The notes: generated by a model not told the origin, from the letters alone. Shown: positions 33,666 through 46,553, numbered from the stretch's first letter. The stretch is 64,000 bases of DNA from Hemiscyllium ocellatum (GCF_020745735.1 NC_083420.1:76027465-76091464); one strand, 5' to 3'. A program made the numbers and translations.

Positions 33666-36362
33666 ATTTACTTAGACATCCGTTAAAGTGGGCAACTCCA
33701 GACAGAAGCATGTTTTCAATTCATACCTTTATCAACATTTTAGTTCATTACAAGCAGTAAACAAGAAAATAACCTTGCCCTAATTCCTTCAACAGAAATG
33801 CTTTCCACACTGGAATGCAGTATTGTTTATGCAGTGCATGCAAAATCTCCACAATTCGAGGAACGTTTTAAGAATATGTAAAAATAATTTAGAGAATAAT
33901 CCATTTCCTCCAGATCTGTGCTTTAATTGGCGATATTTCCCACCTCAATAATTTTGTTAAATACAATGACTTATTAAGTTTATGAACTCAGTGGTTATTT
34001 ATGTTCATTGTGAACACATTCTCGTTCACATTAATCCACTGGTTAGTTCCTCTGATGAATATTCAATTACAGTGAATATATTTGATGTGAGGAGTTGAGC
34101 AATGTATCCTCTGGGATTAAGTCTGTTGTACAGTTTGTTTCAGTGCTATCTCTGACTAACTTGTCCACGGTCCTGACCATTTATAAATTGTCCAGTTCGG
34201 ATACCTGAATCTCAGACAGTTCAATTTTATCTCGCGCTTCAAAACCACTTTTATCTGCCAGAAATACAATATTTGATTAGGTGCCTCAGAATTGAGAGCC
34301 CTGACTAAGTTGTTCCAATCAGAACGAACGTTTCAGGATCAAAAGGCAGATAGCAAGAGATTTGAAATTGGTTGTTGACAACAAGAGATATTTGATTGAG
34401 CGAGGCAGAGGGAAATATGCTGCAGATTTTCTTTGTGCCTCAGTTATGCAGGAGATGTTTCGTGGCACTATGTAAAATCAGATTTTTTTTTGCATCTTAT
34501 TATTTGAAAACTTATTATCAGCAATGGTCTTATTACACTTCAAAACATTATAATCTTTTTCAAACTAAGTAGACCGTCTGGTGCAGCAACATTCACAGGG
34601 GAAAGAGGAAGGGAGTTCGAGGTTGGAATCTAGTGACAGTGAATTGATGGCAATGCAATTCCTAGTTTTATTGCTCTGTAGTTCCCATCGAGTTTGAACA
34701 ATTTGGAGCAGCTGTCAAAGTATTCTTGGATAAACGTTGAAATGTTACTTTCATTGTACTAACATTCTGGAACAATCCCTGGTTGTTGGAAGGTGTTAAT
34801 AACTAACATGGTTTATAAACTGTCAAAACAGGTGAGCTGTGTTCTCCGTGATAGTGTCGAGCTCATTGTGTTCAGGTCTGTTGTGATGTTGTGGTAGGGT
34901 CCCTGATTCTGTGCCAGGTGGCCTGTGTTCACTTACAACCTGTTAGAGAGGTATGTAACACCATCTCTTATCAGGTTACTTCAGTACAAGAAAGCAGATT
35001 GAGATGTTTGGGTGTTTGTTGGAATTCCACTCACAGAGGCCAGTGAAATCTATTCAATCGCTGTCCTGACTTGTGTCTCTTAGATATTAAACAGAATTTT
35101 GGTGGTTAGCAGCTTTTTCCAGATCAATATTTGTTCACAAGCTTTTGGGCATCGCTAGATGGGGTTAATGGAGTAAGTGCTCAAAGAAATCCCAGCTTTT
35201 GACTTGCTGTTCTAACAATATCATTTATAACTAATCCCGAATGAATCATTTTCAAAGTATATTTGATGAGATTTTGCTTAGGCTGTTTTACTTTATATTA
35301 AACCAGTGCTGTAGCTGAATTTGATAGTTCAGTACGGTGAGGGTTCCGCTGAATCCAACACTTGCAGCAGCAGATGGTGATAGCTTTTCAGTTGGTCTTC
35401 CATTGCTATCTCAGACCGTCCAGTACCTCTGCTAAGAATCCTTTTTCCAACAGGAGTCAAGCCAACGGAATCAGTGTTTATCTCAACGGGTGTGAGCTCT
35501 TGTGCCAAAAACATGAAAACAATTTGGTGAAGAGGGGGTCTCTGGATGGGAAAGGTTAACCTTGCCTTCTCTCCACAGGAGCTGCTAGACCTGCTGAGTT
35601 TCTTCAGACGTTTCTGTCTTTATTTTGGTTTTCTAGCATTTAAAGTTTGTTGTTTCATTGAAAAACGTTCTGTTCGATTAAACACGTTCTTCAGAGAAAA
35701 GATGCATTTGAATAAATTGCGAATGTTCAGAGATATTATTGAATTTGAGTGCCCTGATCTCGAGCTGTAGTTTCACAAGAAACTATTATGAAGTAACAAC
35801 ACACTGCAGAGTGCAGTGGCTGCTGTAATTGGGTGGAAGTTATTTTGATCACTCAAATAGAGAATGTCAGTGATCCCGTTCCAAATAATCAACAGAAGTT
35901 TTTTTTAAAGCATGTGTGAAACAATTAATTTATCGAAATATTTTAATCAGAAGTATTCACGGCCAGTGCTAGCTTAATGAATGACACAATGATAGGAAGG
36001 TAGGAACAAGAGGAGGGCACTCAGCCCCTCTAGTTGTTCCCCCACTTACTTAGATCATGGTGCATCTGTGAGCTCAATCCACAGGTCTCCCTTTGGCTAA
36101 AGCTATTTAACACCTTTGTTTAACAAGCAAAAACTATCCCAGATTTACTGATTCGACTGCCCATAACAAAGGGAGACACCATTTCTGAAAGACATTCCTG
36201 TGAGTACTGTGACACAATGAGGCTGGGATTAATTGCTCATGAAAGTTTAAATATCTGACAATTTCCAATTGAAACATCCCAATCATCATATTTCATTAAT
36301 TTAACACTATACTTCCCTGGAATCAAGAAATATAATGTGTGATTGCCTTGCTAAAAATGAGG

Positions 36363-36563
36363 AGAAAGTGAGGACTGCAGATGCTGGAGATCAGAGCTGA
36401 AAATGTGTTGCTGGAAAAGCACAGCAGGTCAGGCAGCATCCAAGGAGCAGGAGAATCGACGTTTCGGGCATGAGCCCTTCTTCAGGAAGGGCTCCTTGGA
36501 TGCTGCCTGCTCCTTGGATGCTGCCTGACCTGCTGCGCTTTTCCAGCAATACATTTTCAGCAG
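36363..36563. mobile_element. Fold-back Penelope pLTR-derived element (family 1) with 15-bp TSD; minus-strand hammerhead core 36454-36489
   Basis: ttgctaaaaatgagg at 36348-36362 and 36564-36578. Minus strand CUGAAGA-A-GGGC ucau GCCC-GAAA-C-GUC intact. 18-bp tandem duplication gctccttggatgctgcct (36491-36526) at the inversion junction. Confidence 0.85.
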
Positions 36564-36662
36564 TTGCTAAAAATGAGGGAAGCTTCATTCCTATTATATG
36601 ATTAAGAAATAGCTCTGTTCATTCAGTGAAAACACAGTCAAATCACTCAAAAGGAAACCATG

Positions 36663-36866
36663 ATTTGGAGATGCTGGTGTTGGACTGGGGTGTACAAAGT
36701 TAAAAATCACACAACCCCAGGTTATAGTCCAACAGGTTTAATTGGAAGCACACTAGCTTTTGGAGCGACGCTCCTTTATCAGGTGATAGTGGAGCGTCAC
36801 TCCGAAAGCTAGTTTTCTTCCAATTAAACCTGTTGGACTATAACTTGGTGTTGTGTGATTTTTAAA
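36663..36866. mobile_element. Fold-back pLTR-like element of a second family with 14-bp TSD
   Basis: Arms ~36700-36775 and ~36790-36865 are reverse complements. aaaaggaaaccatg at 36649-36662 and 36867-36880. Decayed hammerhead (CUGAUaA..GGAGC guc GCUCC..GAAA-G-CUA). Confidence 0.78.
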
Positions 36867-37339
36867 AAAAGGAAACCATGTCATCTTGTGTAGACACACA
36901 AGTGCCTCAAATAATTTTCAATTCTTCTAGTGGTTGTTTGAATCTCTAGACAGGTGTGGAAGTGTCAGACTTTTTATATCGCCTTGAGAAACCAGTTGTC
37001 ATCAGTCTATTTGAATTGCTGAAGTTTGTGTGGTATTAGCATATTCACAGCGCTGTTAGGAAGTGAGTCCCATGGCTGTGATTGAGGAAGAGGAAACGGG
37101 CAGGGAAATAGTTGAGAGTGAAGTTGAAGTCTGATTTGGAGGAAAGCTTTATGTGCATGTGTGCCCTTATCCTCAAGGATCACAATTTTGGAATATGCTG
37201 CCGAAGGGACATGTCAGCATGCAAAATGGAAGCTGAAGAAGGCATCTCGGCCTCTCTAGAAGGCTATTCCATTCATGGGGTCATCATTAATCTTGCTGCT
37301 CATCAATCTTCCCAACACACTGATAACATTGAACCTGAT

Positions 37340-37740
37340 TTGTTTACTGTTCAACACAAGAATGGTGAATTCGTTTGGAATTCTCCACCACAGAAATTCA
37401 TAGATTCAAGACTCCTAGATTCTTGAAAGCGTTGTCTCAAGTACCTAGTGTGTTGAAGGTGTTTGGCGCACGTACCTTCATTGGTCAGAGCACTGAGTGC
37501 AGGAGTTAGGGCTTCATGTTGTAATTGTCCAAAACATAGGAATGAACTGCCAGAGGAAGTGGTAAATGCAGAGATCGGTCCCACATTGAGAAGACATTTG
37601 AACAGCTACAGGAACTGGATCGGTCTGGATGGATATGGACCAAAGGCAGGCAAGTGGAATGAGTTTAATTTGGGAACTCTGGTCAGCATGGATGGGCTGG
37701 ACCAAAGGAACTGTTTCTGTGCTGTACGACTTTATGTCTC
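37340..37740 (+). mobile_element. CR1-type LINE 3' end
   Basis: gaatgaactgccagaggaagtggtaaatgcag...ggatatggaccaaaggcaggcaagtgg...gtcagcatggatgggctggaccaaagg. Confidence 0.7.
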
Positions 37741-38369
37741 ACTGACTTTATGGTGGATAGGCTCAAAGTTGGAACGTGGTGAGCAAGTGAGGGGCTAGAT
37801 TGGGCATGTGGGAGAGTTTGGGCTGGTAGGCTGGTAGGCTGGCTGCTGGGTAAGCTTGCGTGCACTCTGTCTGGCAAGGCGGCATCAAGCGAAATGGTAA
37901 TGGTCACAGGATAATTTGGTCGAATTGTGCTTGCTAGGTGAGGGGTAGTTTGAGCTGAAATGCAGGAGGTCTGTCTTTGCCAGGCTGGTTTATGGAGAGG
38001 TGGTCAGGATGCCAGGCTGGTTAGTGTAGAGATGGGCAGAGTGCCAGGATGTTTCAGGGGGTGGAAGGTCACTGTAATGAAGTGACAGGTGGACGTGTTG
38101 TCAAAATGCAAAGCTCGGAGTCTGGCAAAATGGTAGGTTGTAAAGCACAGATGCCAAAGGAGCTAGGATGCAATGTGCACAGGTTGTCTTGGGTAAGATG
38201 AGAGGTCAGTGATCAAGGGCTGAGGTCATGTCTTGGGTAGTGGGCTTTGGTCAGAGTTTGTGAAAATGATGGTGTCAGGTCCAGTCAGGGCCAGGTTCAC
38301 CATGGACCAGGTACAGGGTGGCAGGAGTGTAAATGACTGAAAGGAATTGAGATCATATGTCCATCTGGA

Positions 38370-39032
38370 ATATAGAATATAGAACATTACTGTGCAGTAC
38401 AGGCCCTTCAGCCCTCGATGGTTCCACAGGTCAGTGTAAAAATCTGAAGCCTATCTATCCTACACTATTCCATTTTCATCCATATGTTTATCCAATGACC
38501 TTTTAAATGCCCTTAAAGTGGCGAGTGTACTATTGTTGCAGGCGGTGCGTTCCATGCCCCTACTACTCTCTGAGTTAAGAAACAACCTCTGACATCTGTC
38601 ATCTATGTCCTCTCCTACTAGCCATCACTATTCAAGGAAAAAGACTTTCACTGTCCACCCTCTGTTTATCTTTTATGTCTCAATTAAGTCAACCTTCTTC
38701 TCTCAAACAAAAACAGCCTCAAGACCCTCATCCTTTCCTCATTAAACCTTCCCGCCATACCAAACAACATCCTGGTAAACCTCCTCTGAACTCTTCCAAA
38801 GCTTCCACATTCTCTCTATAATGTGGCGACCAGAACAGTACACAATACTCCAAGTGCAGCTACACCAGAGTTTTGTACAGCTGCAACCTAACCTCGTGGT
38901 TCTGAAACTCAGTCCCTCTATCGATGAAAGCCAGCACAAAGTATGCCTTCTTAACAACTCTATCAAACTGGCTGGCAACTTTTAGGGATCTGTGTACATG
39001 GGCACCGAGATCTCTCTGCTCAGCTACACTGT
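38370..39032 (-). mobile_element. CR1-type LINE 3' end, minus strand, splitting the G-rich intron tract
   Basis: atatagaatatagaac tail plus reverse complement of CR1 RT (gtggcgaccagaacagtacacaatactccaag). Confidence 0.75.
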
Positions 39033-39469
39033 CAATATGGATTGCCTTGGATGTGTTTTGTGTGATAGGGGATTGTGTGTTCCGGGCATGAATGGGTGTA
39101 TAGCAGGGTGGGGTTTGTCAATGTGAGTGGAAATTTAGGTCTAGGCAGAGTAAGTGCAGTGGTTAGTCTGAGAGATGAGGTTTGGTGGTGAACTGCGTAT
39201 CAGTTTGATAGTTATTAAAGTTAAAGATTACTTGTTCATTTCTCAAATCATATTTACATAAATACTCAGCTGTAACACTCCAAAGTCTCTGAACCTTAAT
39301 GGTCCTCCATTTTTCAGAGGCCTCCAGAATTCAGATAATTGTAAATTAGATGTTTCAGCTTCCAGCCAATTGGCCTGAGTTCAGCCGTGACAGCCATCCT
39401 CCCCGTCCCAGTGCTCAGCTCCTGCCTGTGCTGCTGCTGCTGCAGTGACCTTCCTCCCAGAGAGAACAT

Positions 39470-39810
39470 TCTGTCTTACATTGATAAGTGAGGAAGGCTC
39501 ACTGGACTTGATTTCCAAGTATGGGGACGGCAAACACGAGGGGACACAACTTTAAAGTGAGGGGAGACAGGTATAAGACAGATAGCAGAGGTAGTTTCTT
39601 TACTCATTGAGTAGTAAGGGTATGGAGTGCGTTGCCTGCAATGGTAGTAGATTCGCCAAGTTTAAGTACATTTAAGTTGTCATTGGACAGGCCTATGCAT
39701 GTACATGGAATAGTGTAGGTGGGATGGGCTTCATATTAGTATGTCAGGGCAGCGCAACATCGAGGGCCGAAGGGCCTGCACTGCACTGTGATGTTCTATG
39801 TTCTATGATT
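39470..39810 (+). mobile_element. CR1-type LINE 3' end with gttctatgttctatg tail
   Basis: aacacgaggggacacaactttaaagtgagggg...gggccgaagggcctg...gttctatgttctatg. Confidence 0.75.
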
Positions 39811-39875
39811 CACTCTGATTTCTCTCCGGGGGTACTGCCAGCTGTTGGGTATTTCCAGCAGCACGGTACCTAGTG

Positions 39876-40188
39876 GGGCGGCACGCTGGTTCCATGGTTA
39901 GCGCTGCTGCCTCACAGTGCTAGGGACTCTGGCTCCATTCCAGCCTCGGGTAACTGTCTGTGTGGAGTTGGCACTTTCTCCCCATATCTGTGTGCATTTC
40001 CTCCCACAGTCCAAATCTGTACAAGCTGGGGAAATTATGAATGTTGTGTTCAGTGATTGGGAGGTTAGATGCATTAGTCAGGGTTAACCGTAGCATAATA
40101 GGGTAGAGGAATGGGTCTGGATGCGTTTCTTTTCAGAGGGTGGGTGTGGACTTGTTGGGCCAAATGGCCTGTTTGCACACACTGTAGA
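39876..40188 (+). mobile_element. HE1/V-SINE
   Basis: ggggcggcacg..tggtt..gctgctgcctcacagtgctaggga...ctgtctgtgtggagttggcac, similar to 32789. Confidence 0.75.
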
Positions 40189-40537
40189 ATTTCAATGAAC
40201 CTGCATTTCCTTGGTTTGTATTTTGTGAAACTTCTCTGCTCTTCACAGCAATCCAATGAAAGTGTCAATTGGTGAGATCTTCAAACAGTTACTGGGGTGG
40301 GATCAGGATGTTCTTCTTCCTAAATTATATGGCAATGGTCAAGGTCGAGGGCATGTTTCTCAAGAGGGAACCAATGATCATGATCAGCAACTGGTAGGAA
40401 ACAAAAATAAACTCCAGTTATGCTGTAGACTTCAGCGGGAGCATACTGGCAAACGGTTACAGCTGAGGATACATTTGAGTAACTGATAAGGTCAAATTAA
40501 CAGAAACTAACATGCTCAATTGGTCATTCTATTGTAG

Positions 40538-40846
40538 AGACACCATCTCCCCCCACGCTTTATGGCCTGGTCTCCTCCTGTGAGGAGCACAACACCGGTT
40601 CGACAATCTTTGGTTGTTTGGTGATGGACTATTCCCCTGACGTCACCAAGGTAACCTGGAAGAAAGGTGGGGTGCTAATCACGAATGGTGGATTGAAGAC
40701 TTACCCATCAGTGAGAAACAAGAAGGGAACCTACACCCTGAGCAGCCAGTTAACCCTGCCCGGGTCAGCGGTAGATTGCCCCAGCAAAATCTACTGTGAG
40801 GTTCAACACAGCGGGTCACACAAGAGCAAAGAAATGCCATGTCCAG
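40538..40846 (+). CDS. IGHM: IgM heavy chain constant exon Cmu1
   Basis: [45 protein letters not shown]...[19 protein letters not shown]...[19 protein letters not shown]. Acceptor tgtAG|40538 in phase with the JH donor; donor G|gtacg after 40846. Confidence 0.93.
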
Positions 40847-40914
40847 GTACGTATTGTGGGAACTGAGATAAACAGAGCATCTGGCATTAATATGAATAAG
40901 GCATTATTTATAAC

Positions 40915-41790
40915 CATTTTCACAGAATCCCCTTATACAGCACAGGAAAAAGGCCCTTTGATCCATCCAGTTTACGCCTATCAATAACAGCCACCTAACT
41001 ATTCCAGTCTCATGTGCCAGCACATGATCCATTGCCTTGTGTGACTTGCCCTTGCAAGGATGCATCTCAATACTTCATACTTATTATGAGAGGCTCAGTC
41101 TCTACATGACTTATAGGTGCTGAGCTCCAGGCTAACACCACCCTCTGTTTGATTTTGTTTTCCCCTGAGATCCACTTGGAACCTCCTGGCCTTACCTTCA
41201 CCCTGTGCCCCTGAGGCATTGATCTCTCCATCAAGGGGAAAGGTTTCATCCAGTTTACCCAGTCTATGCCTAAAATAATTCTAGACATCATGATAATCTT
41301 CTCCCTAATTCTCCTCTGCTTCAAGGAAAACTCCTGTCTATCTCATCTAGTTTCATAACTAAAACCCTCCAACCCAGGCAAGATCCTGGCAAATCTAATC
41401 AATACTGCCTTCAGTGTAATCACATTCCTTCGATAACATGCACACAACGCTTCAGTATGGCCTAACCAGTGTTCTATTAATTTCCAGTATCATCTCCCGA
41501 TTCTTCATTGTCAATGTCTAGGCTAATAAAAGCAAATATCCTCCCACCTTCTTAGTCTCTTTATCCAGACGACACAGTACTATAGGGGATCGGTGGGTAC
41601 ATGCACCAAAGATCCTCAGGCCTTTCCAGGGTTCCACCATTCAAAATGTCATACCTCACAGATTCTTCTGCCGAATTACATTACCTTACATTTATCCAGA
41701 ATAATTTCCATTTGCAACTTCTCTTCACATACAACCAACCCTTTTATATCCTCCTGCAATCTAAAGCCATAATGCTCATGACTTACCAAC
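40915..41790 (-). mobile_element. Degenerate CR1-type LINE, minus strand
   Basis: cacagaatccccttatacagcacagg tail region; ggcctaaccagtgttc and ggtacatgcaccaaagatcc are reverse CR1 RT remnants. Confidence 0.6.
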
Positions 41791-43951
41791 ATGACAGTTT
41801 TCATTTCATCTGTGAATTCGCTGGTTAGTCCTCCTAAATTTGAGTCTCAATCATTGGTATGTAAGAGAAATAACGTGGAAATCAACCCCAATCCCTACAG
41901 AACACCAGGAGACATAGATTCCCAGTCACCCAGACACCCGATGACTATTATCCCCTGCTCCCATCACTCAGCCAGTTCTCGATCCAATCTGTCAAATTAA
42001 CTCGGATCCCATTGGCTCTGATTATTGCTATCATCTGGACATCGAGTTATCTCTCTGAAAACTACTATCAAATTGTTACACATGACTTTCTCTCAATAAA
42101 ACCGTGCTGAAAATTGTTGATTTATCTTCCAAATGAAGACTAATTTCACTTTTCAATCGTTTCCCTACCACTGAAACTAGCTTGACAGATCTGTGTTTTC
42201 ATTATTTATCCCTTCCTTTGTCCTGCGTAACAGTGCAACGTTGGCTGATCTACACTCACTTGGCACAACTGCTGTGGCCAGACAGTAATTCTAAATTATT
42301 GTTAGCGACCCAACTATTTCATCCCTTGCATCGCTCAACCGCTTGGTATACTTTTCATCTGCCCTGGAAATATAACCACTTTTCATTTAGCAAGACAACA
42401 CAGAACATCACGTCATGTGTCCTAATTTCTGAAAGTACATCACAACACTCCTCCATGATTTCTGTCCCCACATTGTCCCTCTTACTAGTGAACACTGACA
42501 CAACACATTCGTTTTGACCACAACCTAATCCTCCGGCTCCACTCCAATAATAACACTTAATGGGCATTACTGTTTCCCGAATAATTCTTTATTATGAATG
42601 AGCCTGTAACTTTTAAAAATATTTTCCTTTATTTTGACTCCTATTATTTTCTCATGGTCCCTTTTGCTCTTCTAATTCCTTTGTCTTTCAAACTCCCCCT
42701 TGCACGTTCTGTACTCCATACTAATTTCTATTGTTTTGAGATTTCAATATAGACAGGAAGCCTCCCTTGTTTCTCCTTATCTCACCCTCCATGCCCTTTG
42801 GTGTCCAGAGCACGCTACATTCTTGGTCCCATTCAGTGGCTTCCTGGGAAATATCCTCCCTATGATTTTCCTGTCTCTTTCTTAAATGTTTCACACTGCT
42901 CTGACTCAGATTTACCAATAAGTGTCAGCTTCCAGTCCACTCTGGTTAAGTCATTACCTGATCTTACTAAAATTGTCCTTCCCCTTTTCAGAACTTTGGG
43001 CCAATGTCTATTCCTTTGCAGTACAATCTGAAATCCAACTGATTTACGATCACTGTCTGCAAAGTGCACCACCATTGATGTTTTACCCACTGGGTCGACT
43101 TCATTCCCAAAAGTTAAATTCAGGTTCACCCCTCTCTTGCAAGGTCTGGATTAAAATTCTCTGTATTAACACATACTTTGTTTAAATATTCTCCTGGGGG
43201 CATTTTCAGAATTGTGCTCCCTCTAAACGTTTGACAAAATGAATATCCAAGCCTATGCTGAGGAAGTTAAAAACCTCTTTTCTCATTCCCCTATTTAATT
43301 TACATATCTCTGAAATTTATCCATGTATTTGCACTTGGTCTTTTGGACCTATAGTAAGGTCTATCGTGCTCTCCCAGTAGTTATGTTTGCTGTATTTTGG
43401 TTTTGAAGTACTGTCCATTTGCCTTTGTTCGAGGAGGTATCTATGATTTCATTTCTCTTTACAGCCTAAAATACTCTTGTCAGAATTGTGACAGAAGCAA
43501 CATTCCGTGCCGCAAACCCCTGCCCCCATCCTTTTCCATCTTTCCCTGTCTCGCCTGAAGGCACTAAATCCTGGAAAATTGAATAGCCACTCCTGCCCCG
43601 CTCTCAATATGTCTCCGTGATAGCAACAGCATCATTTCCTCATTTATGTCGGTAATTCATCTGCCTTGATCATCAGACTCTGTCATTAAAACGAATACCA
43701 TCCAATGTTGCTATCTCCCTTCTGATGTTACCGGCCTATCGTTTCTATGCCTCCTTGACTCCCTTGCTGTGTCCTATAATTTTAGCCTTTCACATTGTCC
43801 TGATGATCTTTCTGTGTGGATCCCAGCTTCTCCAGCACTCTGCACAATTATGATTCTTGTATCCATTAATCACAAGAAACCTTGATATATGAGAACTGAT
43901 TGTATTTGTTATGAAATTCATCAGATAATTTATGCGATGTGTTTTCTAAAG

Positions 43952-44263
43952 GTACAGGTCCTCTCCCACCAACTCTTCTCCTAACTGTGAGCTCCAGTGA
44001 AGAAATCGCAAGCAGCAAGTTTGCAACTGTCGTTTGTTCAATCATCGATTTCCATCCGAAGGCAATCAACGTGACTTGGTTGAAAAATGGCCGACGCTTG
44101 GATTCTGGCTTCTTCACGTCTCCCGTGTGTGAGGCGAACGGGAACTTCTCGGTGACGAGTCGGCTGATGGTCCCTTATGGTGAATGGTACAACAGCGCAG
44201 TCTATACCTGCCAGGTCACTCACGAAGAGAACATTCAAAGTAAAAACATCACCGCACTCCAGG
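43952..44263 (+). CDS. IGHM: IgM Cmu2 (copy B)
   Basis: Same as copy A except DSGFFT vs DSGFIT (44113 T vs 1326 A). Alternative in-frame acceptor at 43958. Confidence 0.94.
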
Positions 44264-46244
44264 GTAAGAGACACATACTGAGAGAGCTACAAATCACTCT
44301 GAACTCTGATGTGAATCAAACACACTAATTTATCAGGCGTAGTAAACAGCACGGTACAGCTTCTCGTTTCCCAGCATGTCACGTGTCTCATTTCAGTTTG
44401 AATGTTACATTAGCATTGCTCATAATTCAACATTTTGGCAAGTCAGAAAAGCATGTTTCCTCTCTGTTGAAGATAGATATATAGACAGTGAGCTTTGTTA
44501 AATAGTTTGTTAAATAGTTTGTTGCCTGACCATGCTGGGAGAAGCATTCAGAGTGATGAATCCTTGCCTGGTAGTGGCTTCAAGGATAAGTTTGGGGGTG
44601 GAGGGGGGATATTGGAGAGATATCTAATTGAAACATAGAAAATACTGAGAGACTGAGGTCGAGTGAATGTAAATAGATGTTTTGACTGGTAGGCGAGACT
44701 AGGACCCAAGGGCACAGTCTCAGGGTCAAAGGGGCACCGTTTAGAACTGAGATGGGGAGGAATTTCTTCAGCCAGAGGGTGATGAATCTGTGGAACTTGT
44801 TGCTGCAGAGGGCTGTGGAGACCAGGCCATTGTGTATATTCAAGCCAGAGATGGATCGGTTCTTGTTTAGTGTGGGGAGAAGACCATAGAATGGCTTTAG
44901 CCCAAATCTCGATTTTCCTGCTCGTCGGATGCTGCCTAACCTGCTGTGCTTTTCCAGCATCATTCTGATCTAAACTCTGGATTGGCCGAACAGCCTTATT
45001 CTGATCCTCTATCTTATGATGTTGTGGTCTCAAAATGACGTGGTTAAAATATGCAGTGACCCTAACTTGAAAATAAATCAAAATGCGTTCAATGCTTCAC
45101 TCCCTGATCAGGAATGACCTGTTGGCCTTGGACAGTGTACGACATCGATTTTTATCTGGTACTGAGCTCTTTAACTTCATTTATGGGATCAGACCACAGA
45201 CCAAGTGGGTATCACATTTGATGAACTGGGATAAACGTGATCTCACTGAGCCTCTTTAAGATGCTCTCTGTAAGTAGTGGATGAGGCAGGAGAATAAATT
45301 CTGGTAAGAATGCTACAATAGGGATGAATGAACGAGGAACTCGAGACAGGCTGATTTAGCCCGGTTTGGGGTGGCGATGTTTACACAGTGGGTAGTGGAT
45401 GTCTATAAAATTAGTGTACATTTCCATCACGTTTGTAGATTAATTTAAGACGCTTTTGTTTGTTTTTTTGTTCTCCCCTGCTCTATGAAGAAATTAAAAA
45501 ATGCAGCTTGGTAAATAAAGTGAAAGTACAGACCAGTCATGAACTAACTGAATGGAGGGAAAGACTTAAGGAGATGGGTGTCCTTCTCGATATCCAATGC
45601 TGTACTCAGTGCCTTGTTTTCAGATCTACTCCAAACTCAGCCCACGAGGAACAATGACATAAATTAGAGAATGACATCACACCAATAACGCAAAGTATTT
45701 TTGATCACGTTAAATATAATGAACAGAATTTCCATGGATATTCACTGCTCCTGTAGCACTTTAGAACTCTGCAAAGAGAATAATTATTATTTCTTATAAT
45801 TTGTCCAAAATTTGGGATGTGATTTGTCAGTCAGCATGACCAGCAGCACTTGCACCTAAGGGTTATGAACATGGAAATGAACTCATTATATTCAGATTAC
45901 TCTTGTCACAAGTATCAATAGATGGTCTTAAGTGAGAGACAAACTCTGAAAGAAAGGTAATTCCATGGGTTACATCATGGTATCTTCGATGATTTTACTT
46001 TTTTCACAGCTTTCACTTGTTACAAAGCCAGTGTTCTTTCGGAATAATTACACAGGGTATGTCATAGGTAATCACAAATGCTTTCACAAATCAAAATACA
46101 TCAACAATAGTAAGCATTGTTTCAGCAATGGTTGGAGTTGCCATTTTGAAGGTGGTGTCTTCACCCTGTGAAGAAGTAATCTGAAGATTGGGTGTTTGTA
46201 TCATAAAGGGGCATTTTTCATTGACTTTGATTTTTGTTTCATAG

Positions 46245-46553
46245 AAGATACCGAGTGCCACCCTAACACCGTTAAAATCCTCCCACCGCCAGTCGAACAA
46301 GTCTTACTGGAGGCGACGGTGACGTTAACCTGCGTTGTGTCCAATTTTCCATCTGGAGTCAGCGTCACCTGGAAACATGAAAAGAAGTCTCTGAAATCAG
46401 AGATTGCTGACCAGCCTGGACAGAATCCCGACAGCGTGATCAGCAAATTAGACATTTCTACTGAAGCCTGGCTGAGTGGTGTTACTTTTGAATGTGTGGT
46501 GTACCATCAGAATCTACCGACTCCGCTGAGAGACTCCATCCACAAGGAGAAAG
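46245..46553 (+). CDS. IGHM: IgM Cmu3 (copy B)
   Basis: Protein identical to copy A; phase-1 splice sites intact. Confidence 0.94.
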
